Shown: positions 20,349 to 31,107, counted from the first letter of the stretch. The stretch: 64,000 nt of DNA from Bacteroidales bacterium (GCA_036261265.1 DATALC010000054.1:61884-125883); one strand, 5' to 3'. A program made the numbers and translations. The notes: generated by a model not told the origin, from the sequence alone.

Positions 20349-21764
20349 ATGGAAGATGACAAGTTCGGATTTTCCTTTGAGGAAGAGGTGAAGAATGCAG
20401 TCCAGAAGTTCGAGCGGATGAGGAAGAATAATGAGAATTATTTCTTTGATGTAATTGAATTTGAATCCATAATCGATTATTATATTGAAAGCAATAATGC
20501 TACAAAAGCTTATGATGCAGCAGATCTTGCAACAAAACAACACCCGAATTCAGTTTCGATACAACTTCGAAAGGCACGCGTTCTTCTTGATAAAGGCAAA
20601 GCAACTGAAGCTTTAAGGATTCTGAAGAAGCTTGAGAGCATTGAACCTGGCAATCATGAGATTTTTATTGCAAAGGGTACAGCCCTTGGAATCCTTGGGA
20701 ATATACTCGGAGCAAAGAGGATGTTCGATTATGCTCTTACTCTTGATTCGGATGATATCGAAAACATATTGTTCGAAATCACTTCAGTTCTTCAGAATCT
20801 CAATTATTACGAGCAACTGATCCCATATATGAAACGTCTGGTTGAGCTTGAGCCTGATTTTATGGCACATGTATATGACCTGGCTTATGCTTACGAGAAG
20901 ACAGAAGATTACGAAAACAGTGTAAAGTATTATAAACAATATCTCGACGAAGAACCTTTTTCCGACAGCGCCTGGTACAATCTGGGAATTGTATATAATA
21001 AGCTTGAGAAATATGAAGAGGCAATGGAGGCTTATGATTATGCCCTTGCTGTAAACTCACAGAATACTTTTGCTCTATTCAATAAGGCTAATATTCTCAG
21101 CAATCTTGAACGCTGTACAGAAGCTATTCCTGTCTATCATGAATACCTTGAGATGGAGCCCGACAGTTTTGAGGCTATGTGTTACCTGGCTGAAAGCTAT
21201 GAGCTGACCGGAGACATGGCTTTTGCAAAAAAGTATTACCAGGAAGCAATAGAGCTTGCACCTGACTTTGCTGATCCCTGGTTTGGACTGGGTGTAATTG
21301 CATTGAACAGCGGGCAGGTAGATGACAGTCTTATTTTCTTCAGAAAAGCAGTGAGGCTTGATGATGAAAACCCTGAATACTGGTATCTTCTTGGTAAAGC
21401 TCATTACGCAAAAAAGGAAAAGAAGTCGGCTCTTCGCTGCTTTAGGGAAGCCCTGAAACTTGATGTTTACTATGACGAGGTCTGGGCCGATCTTGGGAAA
21501 ATACTGCTCGATGCAGGTCTTGCTGAAAAATCACTCCAATACCTTGAACAGGCATTAAAGATTTCAGGTGATCTGCCGGCTATAAATTATCTCCTGGCTT
21601 CATTTAATATGCATTGCGGGGAAAATGAAAAAGCTTTCAGAATATTGAATCATGCTCTTGAACTTGATGCTGAACTTTTTGAAGATTTTGAAGCTCTTTT
21701 TCCCGTACAGATGATGACAAAAAAAATTAAAAAATTGCTAATTTCAAGCGGTTATAACCACTGA
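20349..21764 (+). CDS. Tetratricopeptide (TPR) repeat protein
   Basis: About 471 aa of consecutive 34-aa TPR-like units (A..YY..AL.L.P....A...LG pattern repeated). Confidence 0.8.
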   Translation: MEDDKFGFSFEEEVKNAVQKFERMRKNNENYFFDVIEFESIIDYYIESNNATKAYDAADLATKQHPNSVSIQLRKARVLLDKGKATEALRILKKLESIEPGNHEIFIAKGTALGILGNILGAKRMFDYALTLDSDDIENILFEITSVLQNLNYYEQLIPYMKRLVELEPDFMAHVYDLAYAYEKTEDYENSVKYYKQYLDEEPFSDSAWYNLGIVYNKLEKYEEAMEAYDYALAVNSQNTFALFNKANILSNLERCTEAIPVYHEYLEMEPDSFEAMCYLAESYELTGDMAFAKKYYQEAIELAPDFADPWFGLGVIALNSGQVDDSLIFFRKAVRLDDENPEYWYLLGKAHYAKKEKKSALRCFREALKLDVYYDEVWADLGKILLDAGLAEKSLQYLEQALKISGDLPAINYLLASFNMHCGENEKAFRILNHALELDAELFEDFEALFPVQMMTKKIKKLLISSGYNH

Positions 21765-21772
21765 TTATTTTC

Positions 21773-22546
21773 ATGAAAAACCCTCTGAACTTTATACCCG
21801 ACCGACCAGAAAAACCAAGAGAATCAGGATTGACAATGGTTATGGACAAAGGACTCAGCCTGAGGCAGGCTGAAGACCTGATGTCTGTCGGAAGTGAATA
21901 TATAGATTTTGTTAAGCTTGGTTTCGGAACCTCAGTCATCACACCAGGTGTGGAAAAGAAGATAGAAGTGTACCGGAAGGCAGGAGTGATTCCTTATTTT
22001 GGCGGAACACTTTTCGAAGCTTTCATCATAAGAAACATGTTCGATGCATTTGTTGAGCTTCTTGAGAGTACTGGTATCGGACTTGTTGAGGTATCCGATG
22101 GCTCTTATGATTTTGACCGCCGGAAGAAACTTGATTTCATAAGTAAGCTGGCTGAAAAGCATACAGTAATATCTGAGGTCGGTTCAAAGAAGAAGGATGT
22201 TGTATATTCACCCGAACAATGGGTCGAAATGATGCGTGAAGAACTGCAGGCCGGCTCTGTTAAGGTTATAGCTGAAGCACGGGAATCAGGTACAACAGGG
22301 ATTTACAATGAGGATGGCTCAGTAAATAACAAAATTATCCAGGCTATTTCAGTGCATGTTAAGCTCGATAATGTTATTTGGGAAGCCCCTCTGAAATCAC
22401 AACAGGCCTGGTTCATCAAACATTTCGGAGCCAATGTGAACCTTGGTAATATTCCTCCTGATGAGATCATTCCTCTCGAATCCCTCAGGCTTGGACTCAG
22501 AGGCGATACATTTTTCCAATTCCTGCCGGAAAACCTGAAGAAATAG
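21773..22546 (+). CDS. comA: Phosphosulfolactate synthase (ComA family)
   Basis: 257 aa. R.KPR..GLTMVMDKGL, YIDFVKLGFGTS, YFGGTLFE, EVSDGS and ISEVGSKK align by eye with archaeal ComA (VLDKGL, YIDFVKFGWGTS, PGGTLFE, EISDGS, LTEVGKK). Confidence 0.8.
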   Translation: MKNPLNFIPDRPEKPRESGLTMVMDKGLSLRQAEDLMSVGSEYIDFVKLGFGTSVITPGVEKKIEVYRKAGVIPYFGGTLFEAFIIRNMFDAFVELLESTGIGLVEVSDGSYDFDRRKKLDFISKLAEKHTVISEVGSKKKDVVYSPEQWVEMMREELQAGSVKVIAEARESGTTGIYNEDGSVNNKIIQAISVHVKLDNVIWEAPLKSQQAWFIKHFGANVNLGNIPPDEIIPLESLRLGLRGDTFFQFLPENLKK

Positions 22547-22563
22547 AACCTTTTATAAATCTG

Positions 22564-23319
22564 ATGAGAAAATACGGGCTCATAGGATTTCCCCTTGGGC
22601 ATTCATTTTCAAAGAAATATTTCACTGAGAAGTTTCAGTCGGAGAACATTGTTGATTGTTCTTATGAGAACTTCCCGATAAAGGATATCGATCAACTTCC
22701 TGATCTGATTGAAAATGAACCTGAGCTAGTTGGGTTTAATGTCACAGTACCACATAAGTCTGATGTGATAAAGTACCTGAGTTACATTTCTCCCGAAGCG
22801 AAAGAGATTGGAGCTGTGAATGTTGTAAAGGTACATCGCAATGAGAACAGCTATAGTTTATCGGGGTTCAACAGTGATGTTTACGGTTTCACAATGTCGA
22901 TACTTCCCTGGCTAAAAAGCAGGTCAGGGAATGCTCTTATTCTCGGTACAGGCGGAAGCTCTAAGGCGGTCAGCTTTGCTTTGAGGAAGATTGGCATGAA
23001 CGTGACCCTCGTTTCAAGAAGGAATTCACCTGATGGTATCACATACAATGACATTAATTCTGATATAACAGAGAAGACAGATATTATTGTTAATACAACA
23101 CCTCTTGGTATGTACCCTGATATCGAAGGAAAGCCTCCGATTAATTACGACCTGTTAAATTCAACACATATTATTTATGACCTTGTTTATAACCCTGAGC
23201 TTACTGCTTTTCTGAGGGAAGGACAGGAGAGAGGATGTGTTGTTGTAAACGGATTGAGGATGCTTCATCTCCAGGCGGAGAAAGCCTGGGAGATATGGAA
23301 CGATGAAAATCTTCCCTGA
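22564..23319 (+). CDS. aroE: Shikimate dehydrogenase
   Basis: 251 aa with GFPLGHS.S, NVT.PHK, GAVN and the Rossmann motif GTGGSSKA. Confidence 0.9.
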   Translation: MRKYGLIGFPLGHSFSKKYFTEKFQSENIVDCSYENFPIKDIDQLPDLIENEPELVGFNVTVPHKSDVIKYLSYISPEAKEIGAVNVVKVHRNENSYSLSGFNSDVYGFTMSILPWLKSRSGNALILGTGGSSKAVSFALRKIGMNVTLVSRRNSPDGITYNDINSDITEKTDIIVNTTPLGMYPDIEGKPPINYDLLNSTHIIYDLVYNPELTAFLREGQERGCVVVNGLRMLHLQAEKAWEIWNDENLP

Positions 23320-23327
23320 AAGGATTC

Positions 23328-23657
23328 TTATTTCTTCCTGAGCCAGTACATAGGATTGCAGTCGTTGCATTCCTGCTTCCAGTAACCCTGGGTTACTATT
23401 CCACCTTCTTTTGTCTTCAGCCTTCTTTCGTAGATAGCAAAAACAGGATTGAATACAAGGTCTGTCACGCCAATAGTATATGTCTGCGGGTCTGAAGGAT
23501 TTTTTAATTGTTCCTTCAACTCTTTTACTTCAAGCTTATTGAACTCTAGAAGATCTGTCAGGAATGCGGCTCTCTCCATCGTAGCGCCTGTTTCAATTAT
23601 TGTGCATCGTACTCCGTCGATTTCCCCGATTATATGTTTCGCGTTATTTATTGCCAT
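23328..23657 (-). CDS. Hypothetical protein (109 aa)
   Basis: ATG-initiated ORF directly upstream of, and co-oriented with, nothing else. It is convergent with aroE and 11 nt downstream of nuoN. No motif recognised. Confidence 0.5.
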   Translation of the reverse strand: MAINNAKHIIGEIDGVRCTIIETGATMERAAFLTDLLEFNKLEVKELKEQLKNPSDPQTYTIGVTDLVFNPVFAIYERRLKTKEGGIVTQGYWKQECNDCNPMYWLRKK

Positions 23658-23668
23658 AACAAATTGTT

Positions 23669-25093
23669 TTAAACACCGAAACTAAGATTTCTGATCATTT
23701 CAAAAATAGAGCTGGCAAAGCCTGTAACTACAATCCCGGCAATGCAGATCCCCAGTGCAAGCTTAGTTGAAAAATCACTCCTGAACCTGCTGATCGGCGC
23801 TTCATTCTTGTTCATGAACATAGCCTTCACAACAAGAAGATAGTAATAAAGTGAAATTATGGTGTTGAGAACTGCTATCAAAACGAGGATGTAAAATCCC
23901 TTTTGGGCAGCAGCTGTGAAAAGGAAGAACTTACCGAAAAAACCAGCAACAGGTGGAATTCCTGCCAGTGAAAACAATGAAAGTGTAAGCGCAAGACTTA
24001 GTCGGGGATTTGTATGGTAAAGTCCATTATAATCATCCATATTCTCCTTCCCCGTGGCATTTGATATTGCTGTAACAACCCCGAATGCGCCCAGATTTGA
24101 AAATACATACACAAGTATATAATAGATTACAGTTGCCATGCCGAGTCCCGTTCCTCCAATAAACCCGAGCATAATATATCCGGCCTGCGATATTGATGAA
24201 AAAGCAAGAAAGCGTTTAAGGTTCTGCTGACGTATAGCAAATAGATTTCCGATTGTCATTGTCAGTATCGCAACGACGTAAACTGTCTTTTGCCATACAC
24301 CTGTAATAACAGGGAATACGGTGAAAAGTATGATAATAAGTATAAAAACAGCAGCTCCTTTTGACACAACTGACAGATACGATGTAATGTTTACAGGAGC
24401 TCCTTCATAAACATCTGCTGCCCAAAGGTGAAAAGGAACAAGCGAAATCTTGAAGGCCATCCCGGCAAAGAAGAAAATGAATCCAAGTATCTGGAGGTTT
24501 TCTCCACGGAATAATGATGCAACCTCATTGAAATACAATGTACCTGTGGTCCCGTAAATCATCGAAAGGCCGTAAAGCAAAATGCCTGATGATAATGATG
24601 ACGACAGGATCAGCTTGATCCCTGCTTCAGCGGATTTATTCCTGTATTTTTCAAATGCAGCAAGTGCTGTGATTGGAATAGTAGCAAGTTCAATCCCAAT
24701 GTAAAACATTATGAAATGACCGGCTGAAATCATAAAATTCATCCCGATAACAGTCGAAATAATTAGAAGAAAATACTCACTTATCCTGTCAGAGTTCTCT
24801 TCTTTTTTCAACCAGCTGACAGATTGGATCAATATGATAAGAACACCTGTATTAAGGATGTTTTTCATCAGTATCCTGGTTCCGTCTGTTATGTACATTC
24901 CTCCGAACAACGAGCCTTCGCCGGACGGAATAAATCCTGTCAGCGTTATAATTGCATAAACTGAAATCATCAGCGTGCTTATGCTGTTTCCTGTCTTACC
25001 CGGTTCTCTGAAAATTTCAGCAATAAGTACAAGTACAGCCGCTGCAGTTAGCAGCAGTTCATGACGCATTAATAAGAAAGTTTCTGAGTTCAT
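23669..25093 (-). CDS. nuoN: NADH-quinone oxidoreductase subunit N
   Basis: 474 aa polytopic antiporter-like subunit, the last gene of the nuo string. Confidence 0.9.
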   Translation of the reverse strand: MNSETFLLMRHELLLTAAAVLVLIAEIFREPGKTGNSISTLMISVYAIITLTGFIPSGEGSLFGGMYITDGTRILMKNILNTGVLIILIQSVSWLKKEENSDRISEYFLLIISTVIGMNFMISAGHFIMFYIGIELATIPITALAAFEKYRNKSAEAGIKLILSSSLSSGILLYGLSMIYGTTGTLYFNEVASLFRGENLQILGFIFFFAGMAFKISLVPFHLWAADVYEGAPVNITSYLSVVSKGAAVFILIIILFTVFPVITGVWQKTVYVVAILTMTIGNLFAIRQQNLKRFLAFSSISQAGYIMLGFIGGTGLGMATVIYYILVYVFSNLGAFGVVTAISNATGKENMDDYNGLYHTNPRLSLALTLSLFSLAGIPPVAGFFGKFFLFTAAAQKGFYILVLIAVLNTIISLYYYLLVVKAMFMNKNEAPISRFRSDFSTKLALGICIAGIVVTGFASSIFEMIRNLSFGV

Positions 25094-25123
25094 CTGATTT
25101 TATTACAGGTAGTAGATATCTTG

Positions 25124-26629
25124 TTAAAAAGGATTAAGTGCGATGATTTTTTCAATTATCGGTTGCATGCTTTTCCCAATCATTGTTGATAACCATAGAG
25201 GAGCAAGACCTATTCCTGCAACTGACACTATAAGTGTAACAACTGAAAGTTTTTCATACCATTTGGCGTCAGGGAGATGTTCGAAATGAGGATCTTTAAC
25301 CGGGCCGAGAAGCAAAATTGCAACTACTCTCAGGATGTAAACTGCTGTTATAACTATCGATGTAACAGCAAGTATCGTGACAGTCCTGTGGAAAATGTCT
25401 GTATGCTGGAATGCCCCCACGAAGACAGTCATTTCTGCCACAAAACCACTTAATCCCGGAAGCCCCAGTGAAGCAAGTCCTGCAATGACATAAGCAACTG
25501 AGAGGAAAGGAATTACTTTCATTAATCCGCCCATCTGATCGATCATTCTTGTGTGAGTCCTGCCATATATCATTCCTATAAGAGCAAAGAAGAGGGCTGT
25601 CATGAGACCATGAGAAATCATCTGGATAACTGCTCCGTTCATTGCCGTCTGATTCATCATGAGCACTGCAAATAATACAAGACCGCAGTGACTTACTGAT
25701 GAATATGCGTTGATGTACTTCAGATCCTTCTGAACAACTGCGCCAAATGCGCCGTAAACAACGCTTATTGATGTGAGTATTATGAATATCCAGGATAATT
25801 CATTTGCTGCCTCAGGCATAAGGAAAATTGCAACTCTGAATGCTCCGTATCCACCTAACTTCATCAGAACGCCTGCATGAAGCATTGAAACAGCTGTCGG
25901 CGCCGAGGCATGACCGTCAGGCGACCATGTATGAAACGGGAAGAGAGCTCCAAGCACTCCAAAACCAACAAAAGTCATCGGGAAAAAGAATCTCTGAGCC
26001 TCAATCGGAATAGTTACCTTAGAGATCTCGAGTATATTGAATGTGTAAGTTCCTCCGTCCGGAGCTGAGTTGAAGTAAATTCCAAGAAGTCCAAGTAAAA
26101 GAAGGGCCGAGCCTCCCATAAGCATAAGAGTCAGCTTCATGGCAGAGTATTCTTTCGGGCCGCTGCCCCAGATTCCTATGAGAAGATACATTGGTATAAC
26201 AGCAAGTTCATAGAACAGGAACATCGTGAAAAGATCTATTGAAATGAAGAATCCGAATACTCCCGATGCAAGGAGGATAAGCGATATGAAGAACTCCTTT
26301 CTTAAAAACTCCACTTCCCATGAAGCAAATATTCCTGCGAATACAACCACAGATGTAAGCGCTATCATTGCTACTGAGATACCGTCGACTCCAACTGCAT
26401 AATGTATATTCAGTGTCTTAAACCATAAAAAATCGCGCATGAAGAGCATCTGGTCAGTATTTCCTGCATGCCGCGCAGATAAATACAGATATACGAGAAC
26501 CGCCGCCATTATCAGCTGAATACCCATTCCGAGTGCAGAAACCAGACGAACCTGCTTTTCATTCCTGAGAAAAAGTATCCCGGCGATAGTCAGGAATGGT
26601 ATTAATACAAACAACGATAAAATATCCAT
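25124..26629 (-). CDS. nuoM: NADH-quinone oxidoreductase subunit M
   Basis: 501 aa polytopic antiporter-like subunit, positioned between nuoL and nuoN. Confidence 0.9.
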   Translation of the reverse strand: MDILSLFVLIPFLTIAGILFLRNEKQVRLVSALGMGIQLIMAAVLVYLYLSARHAGNTDQMLFMRDFLWFKTLNIHYAVGVDGISVAMIALTSVVVFAGIFASWEVEFLRKEFFISLILLASGVFGFFISIDLFTMFLFYELAVIPMYLLIGIWGSGPKEYSAMKLTLMLMGGSALLLLGLLGIYFNSAPDGGTYTFNILEISKVTIPIEAQRFFFPMTFVGFGVLGALFPFHTWSPDGHASAPTAVSMLHAGVLMKLGGYGAFRVAIFLMPEAANELSWIFIILTSISVVYGAFGAVVQKDLKYINAYSSVSHCGLVLFAVLMMNQTAMNGAVIQMISHGLMTALFFALIGMIYGRTHTRMIDQMGGLMKVIPFLSVAYVIAGLASLGLPGLSGFVAEMTVFVGAFQHTDIFHRTVTILAVTSIVITAVYILRVVAILLLGPVKDPHFEHLPDAKWYEKLSVVTLIVSVAGIGLAPLWLSTMIGKSMQPIIEKIIALNPF

Positions 26630-26683
26630 GCTTAATACTATTTCAATTTCGTTTCTATATTATTTTTATTCATTTCTATCTGA

Positions 26684-28603
26684 TTATTTCCACAGGTAAA
26701 TGAATAAAATTGCGAGCATAACAGCTCCTGTAACAAAAATATATGCATATTTCTGAAGCTGCCCCGACTGAAATCCCCTTATTCTGAAAGAGATCACCTG
26801 GGTCGCTTCAGCAATTGCATTCATTGTCCCGTCAACAACATGCCTGTCAAACCACGCAATCGGACGAGATATGTATCTGAATATTATCTTCTTTGTCACG
26901 AAAAGCCAGAGTTCATCCATATAAAACTTGTTGAATGCCCATTTGTATCCGAGCCTGAATGTTTCAGCCATTTTATCAGGAAGAGAGTTATCTTTTTTAT
27001 ACATAAGGAATGCAAATCCTATTCCTGCAAGGCCGATTAAGACAGATGGAATTGCAACAGCCATATCAATATGTGATTCAAATGGCATGCCGTCAGAAGT
27101 GATAAGCTCATTAAATGGCAGGAATCCGGCGAATACTGATCCGATAGCGAGTATGATAAGCGGAACTGTCATCACGGCAGGAGCTTCATGCGGGGTGTGA
27201 TGATAATGTGTATCCCTGCTCCAGAAAATCCTGAAATACAATCTGAACATATAAAACGCTGTTAATCCGGCAACTGCATATTCAACGGCAAAGAGGACTT
27301 TGTTATGATGAAGCGCAGCTGTGAGTATCTCATCCTTGCTGAAAAAACCGGATAATGGCGGTATTCCTGCAATTGTAAGGCAGGCTATCAGGAATGTAAG
27401 ATGCGTGACTGGCAGGTATTTTCTTAATCCTCCCATGTCGTTCATATCATTGCTGTGTACTGCGTGTATAATAGCTCCGGCGCCAAGGAAGAGGAGGGCT
27501 TTAAAAAATGCATGTGTGAAGAGGTGAAACATTGAAGCCATATAGCCGAGTCCTTCATGTCCGCCATAACCTGATACCCCAAGGGCAAGCATCATATAGC
27601 CGATCTGCGACATCGTCGAGAATGCGAGAACTCTCTTTATGTCAGTCTGGGTGCATGCGATAATTGCTGCGAAGAGTGAAGAAAAAGCTCCAACATAGGC
27701 TACAACATTAAGTGCGGCAGGTGCGCTTATAGCATAAATTGGGAACATTCTTGCGACAAGATATACACCGGCAACAACCATTGTGGCTGCGTGTATCAAC
27801 GCCGAGACGGGTGTCGGACCTTCCATGGCATCAGGGAGCCATATATGGAACGGGAACATTGCCGATTTCCCGACCCCACCCATGTATACAAAGATCATCG
27901 ACCATGTCATTACGGATAAACCGAGGAAAGAAATACCGCTTCCCTGGCTTATTGCTGGGCCGTTCACACTGGTCAGGGTTATGAAATCAAATGTTTTTGT
28001 ATTGAATGAAAGTATGAGTATACCTATAAGGAAACCCAGATCTGCAAACCTTGTTACTATAAACGCCTTCTTCGAAGCCCTTACAGCCGAAGGTTTAGTA
28101 TAATAAAATCCGATAAGCAGGAAGGACGATACGCCAACAAGTTCCCAGAATATATACATCTGAAAGATATTGGTTGCCACAACAAGACCCAGCATTGAGA
28201 AAGTGAACAGTGAAAGGAATGCGAAGAACCTCTCATATCCTTTCTCACCCTTCATGTAGCCGATACTGTAGATATGCACCATAAATGATACTGTGGTCAC
28301 AACGATAAGCATCATTACGGAAATTGGATCGAGGATGATGCCAAGATCTATATGCAGGTCTTCAGTGAACCTGAGCCACGTTGTATTGAATGCGGTTATT
28401 TTCTCAAATACCCCGTTTACCTTTCCGCTTACAAAAAAGTACCTGTAAGCTGTCACATAAGAAAGAATAGTGATTATTCCGAGACTGATTGTTCCAATAA
28501 GGCCGGAGAGTTTTTCTTTCAGCTTATGTCCTGCGAGCCCCAGCACGAGGAACATAAGAAGGGGTAGGAGCGGGATCCAGAGTGTATAAGTGAAATCTGT
28601 CAT
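26684..28603 (-). CDS. nuoL: NADH-quinone oxidoreductase subunit L
   Basis: 639 aa polytopic subunit with WLPDAMEGPTPVSALIHAATMV and a C-terminal extension typical of NuoL. Confidence 0.93.
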   Translation of the reverse strand: MTDFTYTLWIPLLPLLMFLVLGLAGHKLKEKLSGLIGTISLGIITILSYVTAYRYFFVSGKVNGVFEKITAFNTTWLRFTEDLHIDLGIILDPISVMMLIVVTTVSFMVHIYSIGYMKGEKGYERFFAFLSLFTFSMLGLVVATNIFQMYIFWELVGVSSFLLIGFYYTKPSAVRASKKAFIVTRFADLGFLIGILILSFNTKTFDFITLTSVNGPAISQGSGISFLGLSVMTWSMIFVYMGGVGKSAMFPFHIWLPDAMEGPTPVSALIHAATMVVAGVYLVARMFPIYAISAPAALNVVAYVGAFSSLFAAIIACTQTDIKRVLAFSTMSQIGYMMLALGVSGYGGHEGLGYMASMFHLFTHAFFKALLFLGAGAIIHAVHSNDMNDMGGLRKYLPVTHLTFLIACLTIAGIPPLSGFFSKDEILTAALHHNKVLFAVEYAVAGLTAFYMFRLYFRIFWSRDTHYHHTPHEAPAVMTVPLIILAIGSVFAGFLPFNELITSDGMPFESHIDMAVAIPSVLIGLAGIGFAFLMYKKDNSLPDKMAETFRLGYKWAFNKFYMDELWLFVTKKIIFRYISRPIAWFDRHVVDGTMNAIAEATQVISFRIRGFQSGQLQKYAYIFVTGAVMLAILFIYLWK

Positions 28604-28626
28604 TGTTTTCTCAGGTTATTTCAGGA

Positions 28627-28944
28627 TCAGTACTTCATTTCATTCACATCTTCCACATTGATCGTGGTAAAACGCCTGTAAATATTTATAATAATGGCAA
28701 TTGCAACAGCCGCTTCAGATGCTGCGACGGCTATGATAAACAAGCTGAAGAACATGCCTTCGAGCTTGTTCGGATACAGGTACCTGTTAAAAGCCATGAA
28801 ATTTATGTTCACTGAGTTCAGAATAAGCTCAACGGACATTAATATGGTTATGAGGTTTCTCCTTGTAAGAAAACCGTAGATGCCTGTAAAAAACATTAAA
28901 GTGCCAAGAATAAGAAAATATTGAACGGGTATTCCTGTATTCAT
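28627..28944 (-). CDS. nuoK: NADH-quinone oxidoreductase subunit K
   Basis: 105 aa with three TM helices and the conserved Glu-containing AASEAAV segment. Confidence 0.9.
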   Translation of the reverse strand: MNTGIPVQYFLILGTLMFFTGIYGFLTRRNLITILMSVELILNSVNINFMAFNRYLYPNKLEGMFFSLFIIAVAASEAAVAIAIIINIYRRFTTINVEDVNEMKY

Positions 28945-28948
28945 TTTA

Positions 28949-29488
28949 TTACTGGTTTAATGTAGAAGTTTCAGTTTTCCTGGGTCCGCCTTTTTTGGCA
29001 ATAGCAATTGCTGCAACCATTGCTGCAAGAAGAAGCACTGAGATGACTTCGAACGGAAGTACATAGCCATCATAGTCAACAGATAAAAGGCTCTTCCCGA
29101 TGAATTTCATGTTGGTTTCCTGTGCTGCAATATCAGTGGCTGAAAACCTGTAATCGAGAATTGTCACTATAGATAATATTGCGCCTGCAACCGATGCTAA
29201 AGCTGAAAAAACAGATTTCTTTAATCCTGCTGGTTCAAATTTTTGTGATATATGGCTTGTAAGAAGGATTGAAAATATAATCAATACTACAATACCACCC
29301 GCATATAGTGTAAGCTGTACCGCGGCAAGAAAATGGAAATTCAGCATGAAGTAAAGACCTGAAGTCGAGACCAGCACGAACAACAGGTAAACCGCTGCAC
29401 GTAAAATCTTCCTCGATGTAACTGTCAGTATTGAAAAGACAATTATAATCGCAGAAAAGAGTATGAACATGATTTGATTTGCTTCCAT
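28949..29488 (-). CDS. nuoJ: NADH-quinone oxidoreductase subunit J
   Basis: 179 aa membrane subunit in the canonical position. Its ATG shares one nucleotide with the nuoI stop codon. Confidence 0.88.
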   Translation of the reverse strand: MEANQIMFILFSAIIIVFSILTVTSRKILRAAVYLLFVLVSTSGLYFMLNFHFLAAVQLTLYAGGIVVLIIFSILLTSHISQKFEPAGLKKSVFSALASVAGAILSIVTILDYRFSATDIAAQETNMKFIGKSLLSVDYDGYVLPFEVISVLLLAAMVAAIAIAKKGGPRKTETSTLNQ

Positions 29489-29964
29489 TATTCTTTTTCT
29501 TTAAGTTTTGAACCAGGCTTGTTGAGCACTTTAACGAGCAGTTGCCTGTTGAATACTGCATGTTCAAATTCCTGGGAAAACGCAAGGGCATTTGATGGGC
29601 ATGTCTTTACGCATAGTCCACAGAATGTACACATGCTCAACCTGTATATATGCTTGTCAATGACTTTCTTCTTCCTGCCGTCGGGAGTTTCGACAGTTTT
29701 TGTTATTATTTCAATAGTGCCGTTCGGGCAATTCATTTCACAAATCCCGCAACCTGTGCATCTATGCTCATTATTTTCATCATGAGGCATTACAACTTCG
29801 CCCTTGAAGCGCTCAAACATCTTCAAATCCTTCCGGTTTTCAGGATATTTCTGGGTAACGATTGACCCAGGTTTAAAAAAATAGGAACCGGTGACTTTCA
29901 TCCCTCTCAGGAGAGATGCAACACCTGTCACTATTTCCTTCAGATAATTATAAATACTACTCAT
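29488..29964 (-). CDS. nuoI: NADH-quinone oxidoreductase subunit I (2x[4Fe-4S])
   Basis: Two ferredoxin motifs, CTGCGICEMNCP and CTFCGLCVKTCP. Confidence 0.93.
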   Translation of the reverse strand: MSSIYNYLKEIVTGVASLLRGMKVTGSYFFKPGSIVTQKYPENRKDLKMFERFKGEVVMPHDENNEHRCTGCGICEMNCPNGTIEIITKTVETPDGRKKKVIDKHIYRLSMCTFCGLCVKTCPSNALAFSQEFEHAVFNRQLLVKVLNKPGSKLKEKE

Positions 29965-29996
29965 TCAGAGTTATATATTGTTGTTTTATTGAATAA

Positions 29997-31073
29997 TTAA
30001 AAATGCCACCCCATAAGCACTATCAAAGCCATTATAAGGACATTGACAAGGTTTACCGGAAGCAGGTACTTCCATTCGAGCGTAAGCAACTGGTCGATCC
30101 TCAATCTCGGGAATGTCCATTTGAACCACATCATAAGGAAGATTACTATAAATGTCTTTCCAAGATACCAGACGAATGGCGGGATAAAATCCATGATCAT
30201 GTTCAGTCCTTCCCAGCCGCCAACATGGAACGGCATCCAGCCACCCAGAAACACTGTTGCTGCAATTGATGCCACTATGAACATGTTCATATATTCAGCA
30301 AGGAAAAAGAATGCGAACTTTATACCTGAATATTCTGTATGAAAACCTGCAGTGAGCTCCGATTCGGCTTCCGCAAGGTCGAACGGACCACGGTTTGTCT
30401 CTGCTGTACTTGAGATCAGGAAAACTATAAAAGCAATGAATGCAGGTATATGTCCTTTGAAGATGAACCAGCCGTTTCTCTGCGCTTCGACTATTTCTCC
30501 AAACTGCATCGTGCCTCCAAGAATAACAACAGTAACAAGAGCCAGGCCTACTGATAATTCATAGCTTACAATCTGGGCGCCGCTCCTCATAGCGCCAATA
30601 AGTGAATACTTATTATTGCTTGACCATCCTGCAAGGAGAACACCTATAACACCCATCGACGATACAGCCATTATATAAAGTACGCCTATATTAAGATCGA
30701 TTGCATGAAGTCCTTTTGCAAAAGGTATTGCAGCAATCGCCATGAAGGAGGCGATTATTACAATGAAAGGAGCGAGGTTAAACAGGAATTTATCAGCGTT
30801 CTTAATAGGCACGAGTTCCACGAAAAGCAGCTTCACGAGGTCGGCAATAGTCTGGAATATTCCGAAAGGACCAACCCTGTTGGGTCCAAGTCTGTTCTGC
30901 ATGAATGCACAGACCTTCCTTTCGGCATACACAAGAAAAAGACCGATGATTGCATAAAAGACAAGGATCAGAACACCGATAATAAGCATCTCGGTGACTG
31001 TAGTCCAGAAAGGTGATAAGACACTTTCAAGCGCGTTGTCAATCCTTGTTGTTAACGATGTAAAATCGTACAT
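29997..31073 (-). CDS. nuoH: NADH-quinone oxidoreductase subunit H
   Basis: 358 aa polytopic subunit with RKV.A.MQ.R.GPNRVGP and the NRGPFDLAEAESEL motif. Confidence 0.95.
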   Translation of the reverse strand: MYDFTSLTTRIDNALESVLSPFWTTVTEMLIIGVLILVFYAIIGLFLVYAERKVCAFMQNRLGPNRVGPFGIFQTIADLVKLLFVELVPIKNADKFLFNLAPFIVIIASFMAIAAIPFAKGLHAIDLNIGVLYIMAVSSMGVIGVLLAGWSSNNKYSLIGAMRSGAQIVSYELSVGLALVTVVILGGTMQFGEIVEAQRNGWFIFKGHIPAFIAFIVFLISSTAETNRGPFDLAEAESELTAGFHTEYSGIKFAFFFLAEYMNMFIVASIAATVFLGGWMPFHVGGWEGLNMIMDFIPPFVWYLGKTFIVIFLMMWFKWTFPRLRIDQLLTLEWKYLLPVNLVNVLIMALIVLMGWHF

Positions 31074-31107
31074 AAATTATTTCTTTTATATAATTCGAAA
31101 AATTTTT

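Noticed and set aside
20220-20543. Track ORF (107 aa, Cys/Ile-rich) on the minus strand
   Set aside because: It is antisense to the 5' end and promoter of the TPR gene and has low-complexity AT-driven composition. No support.
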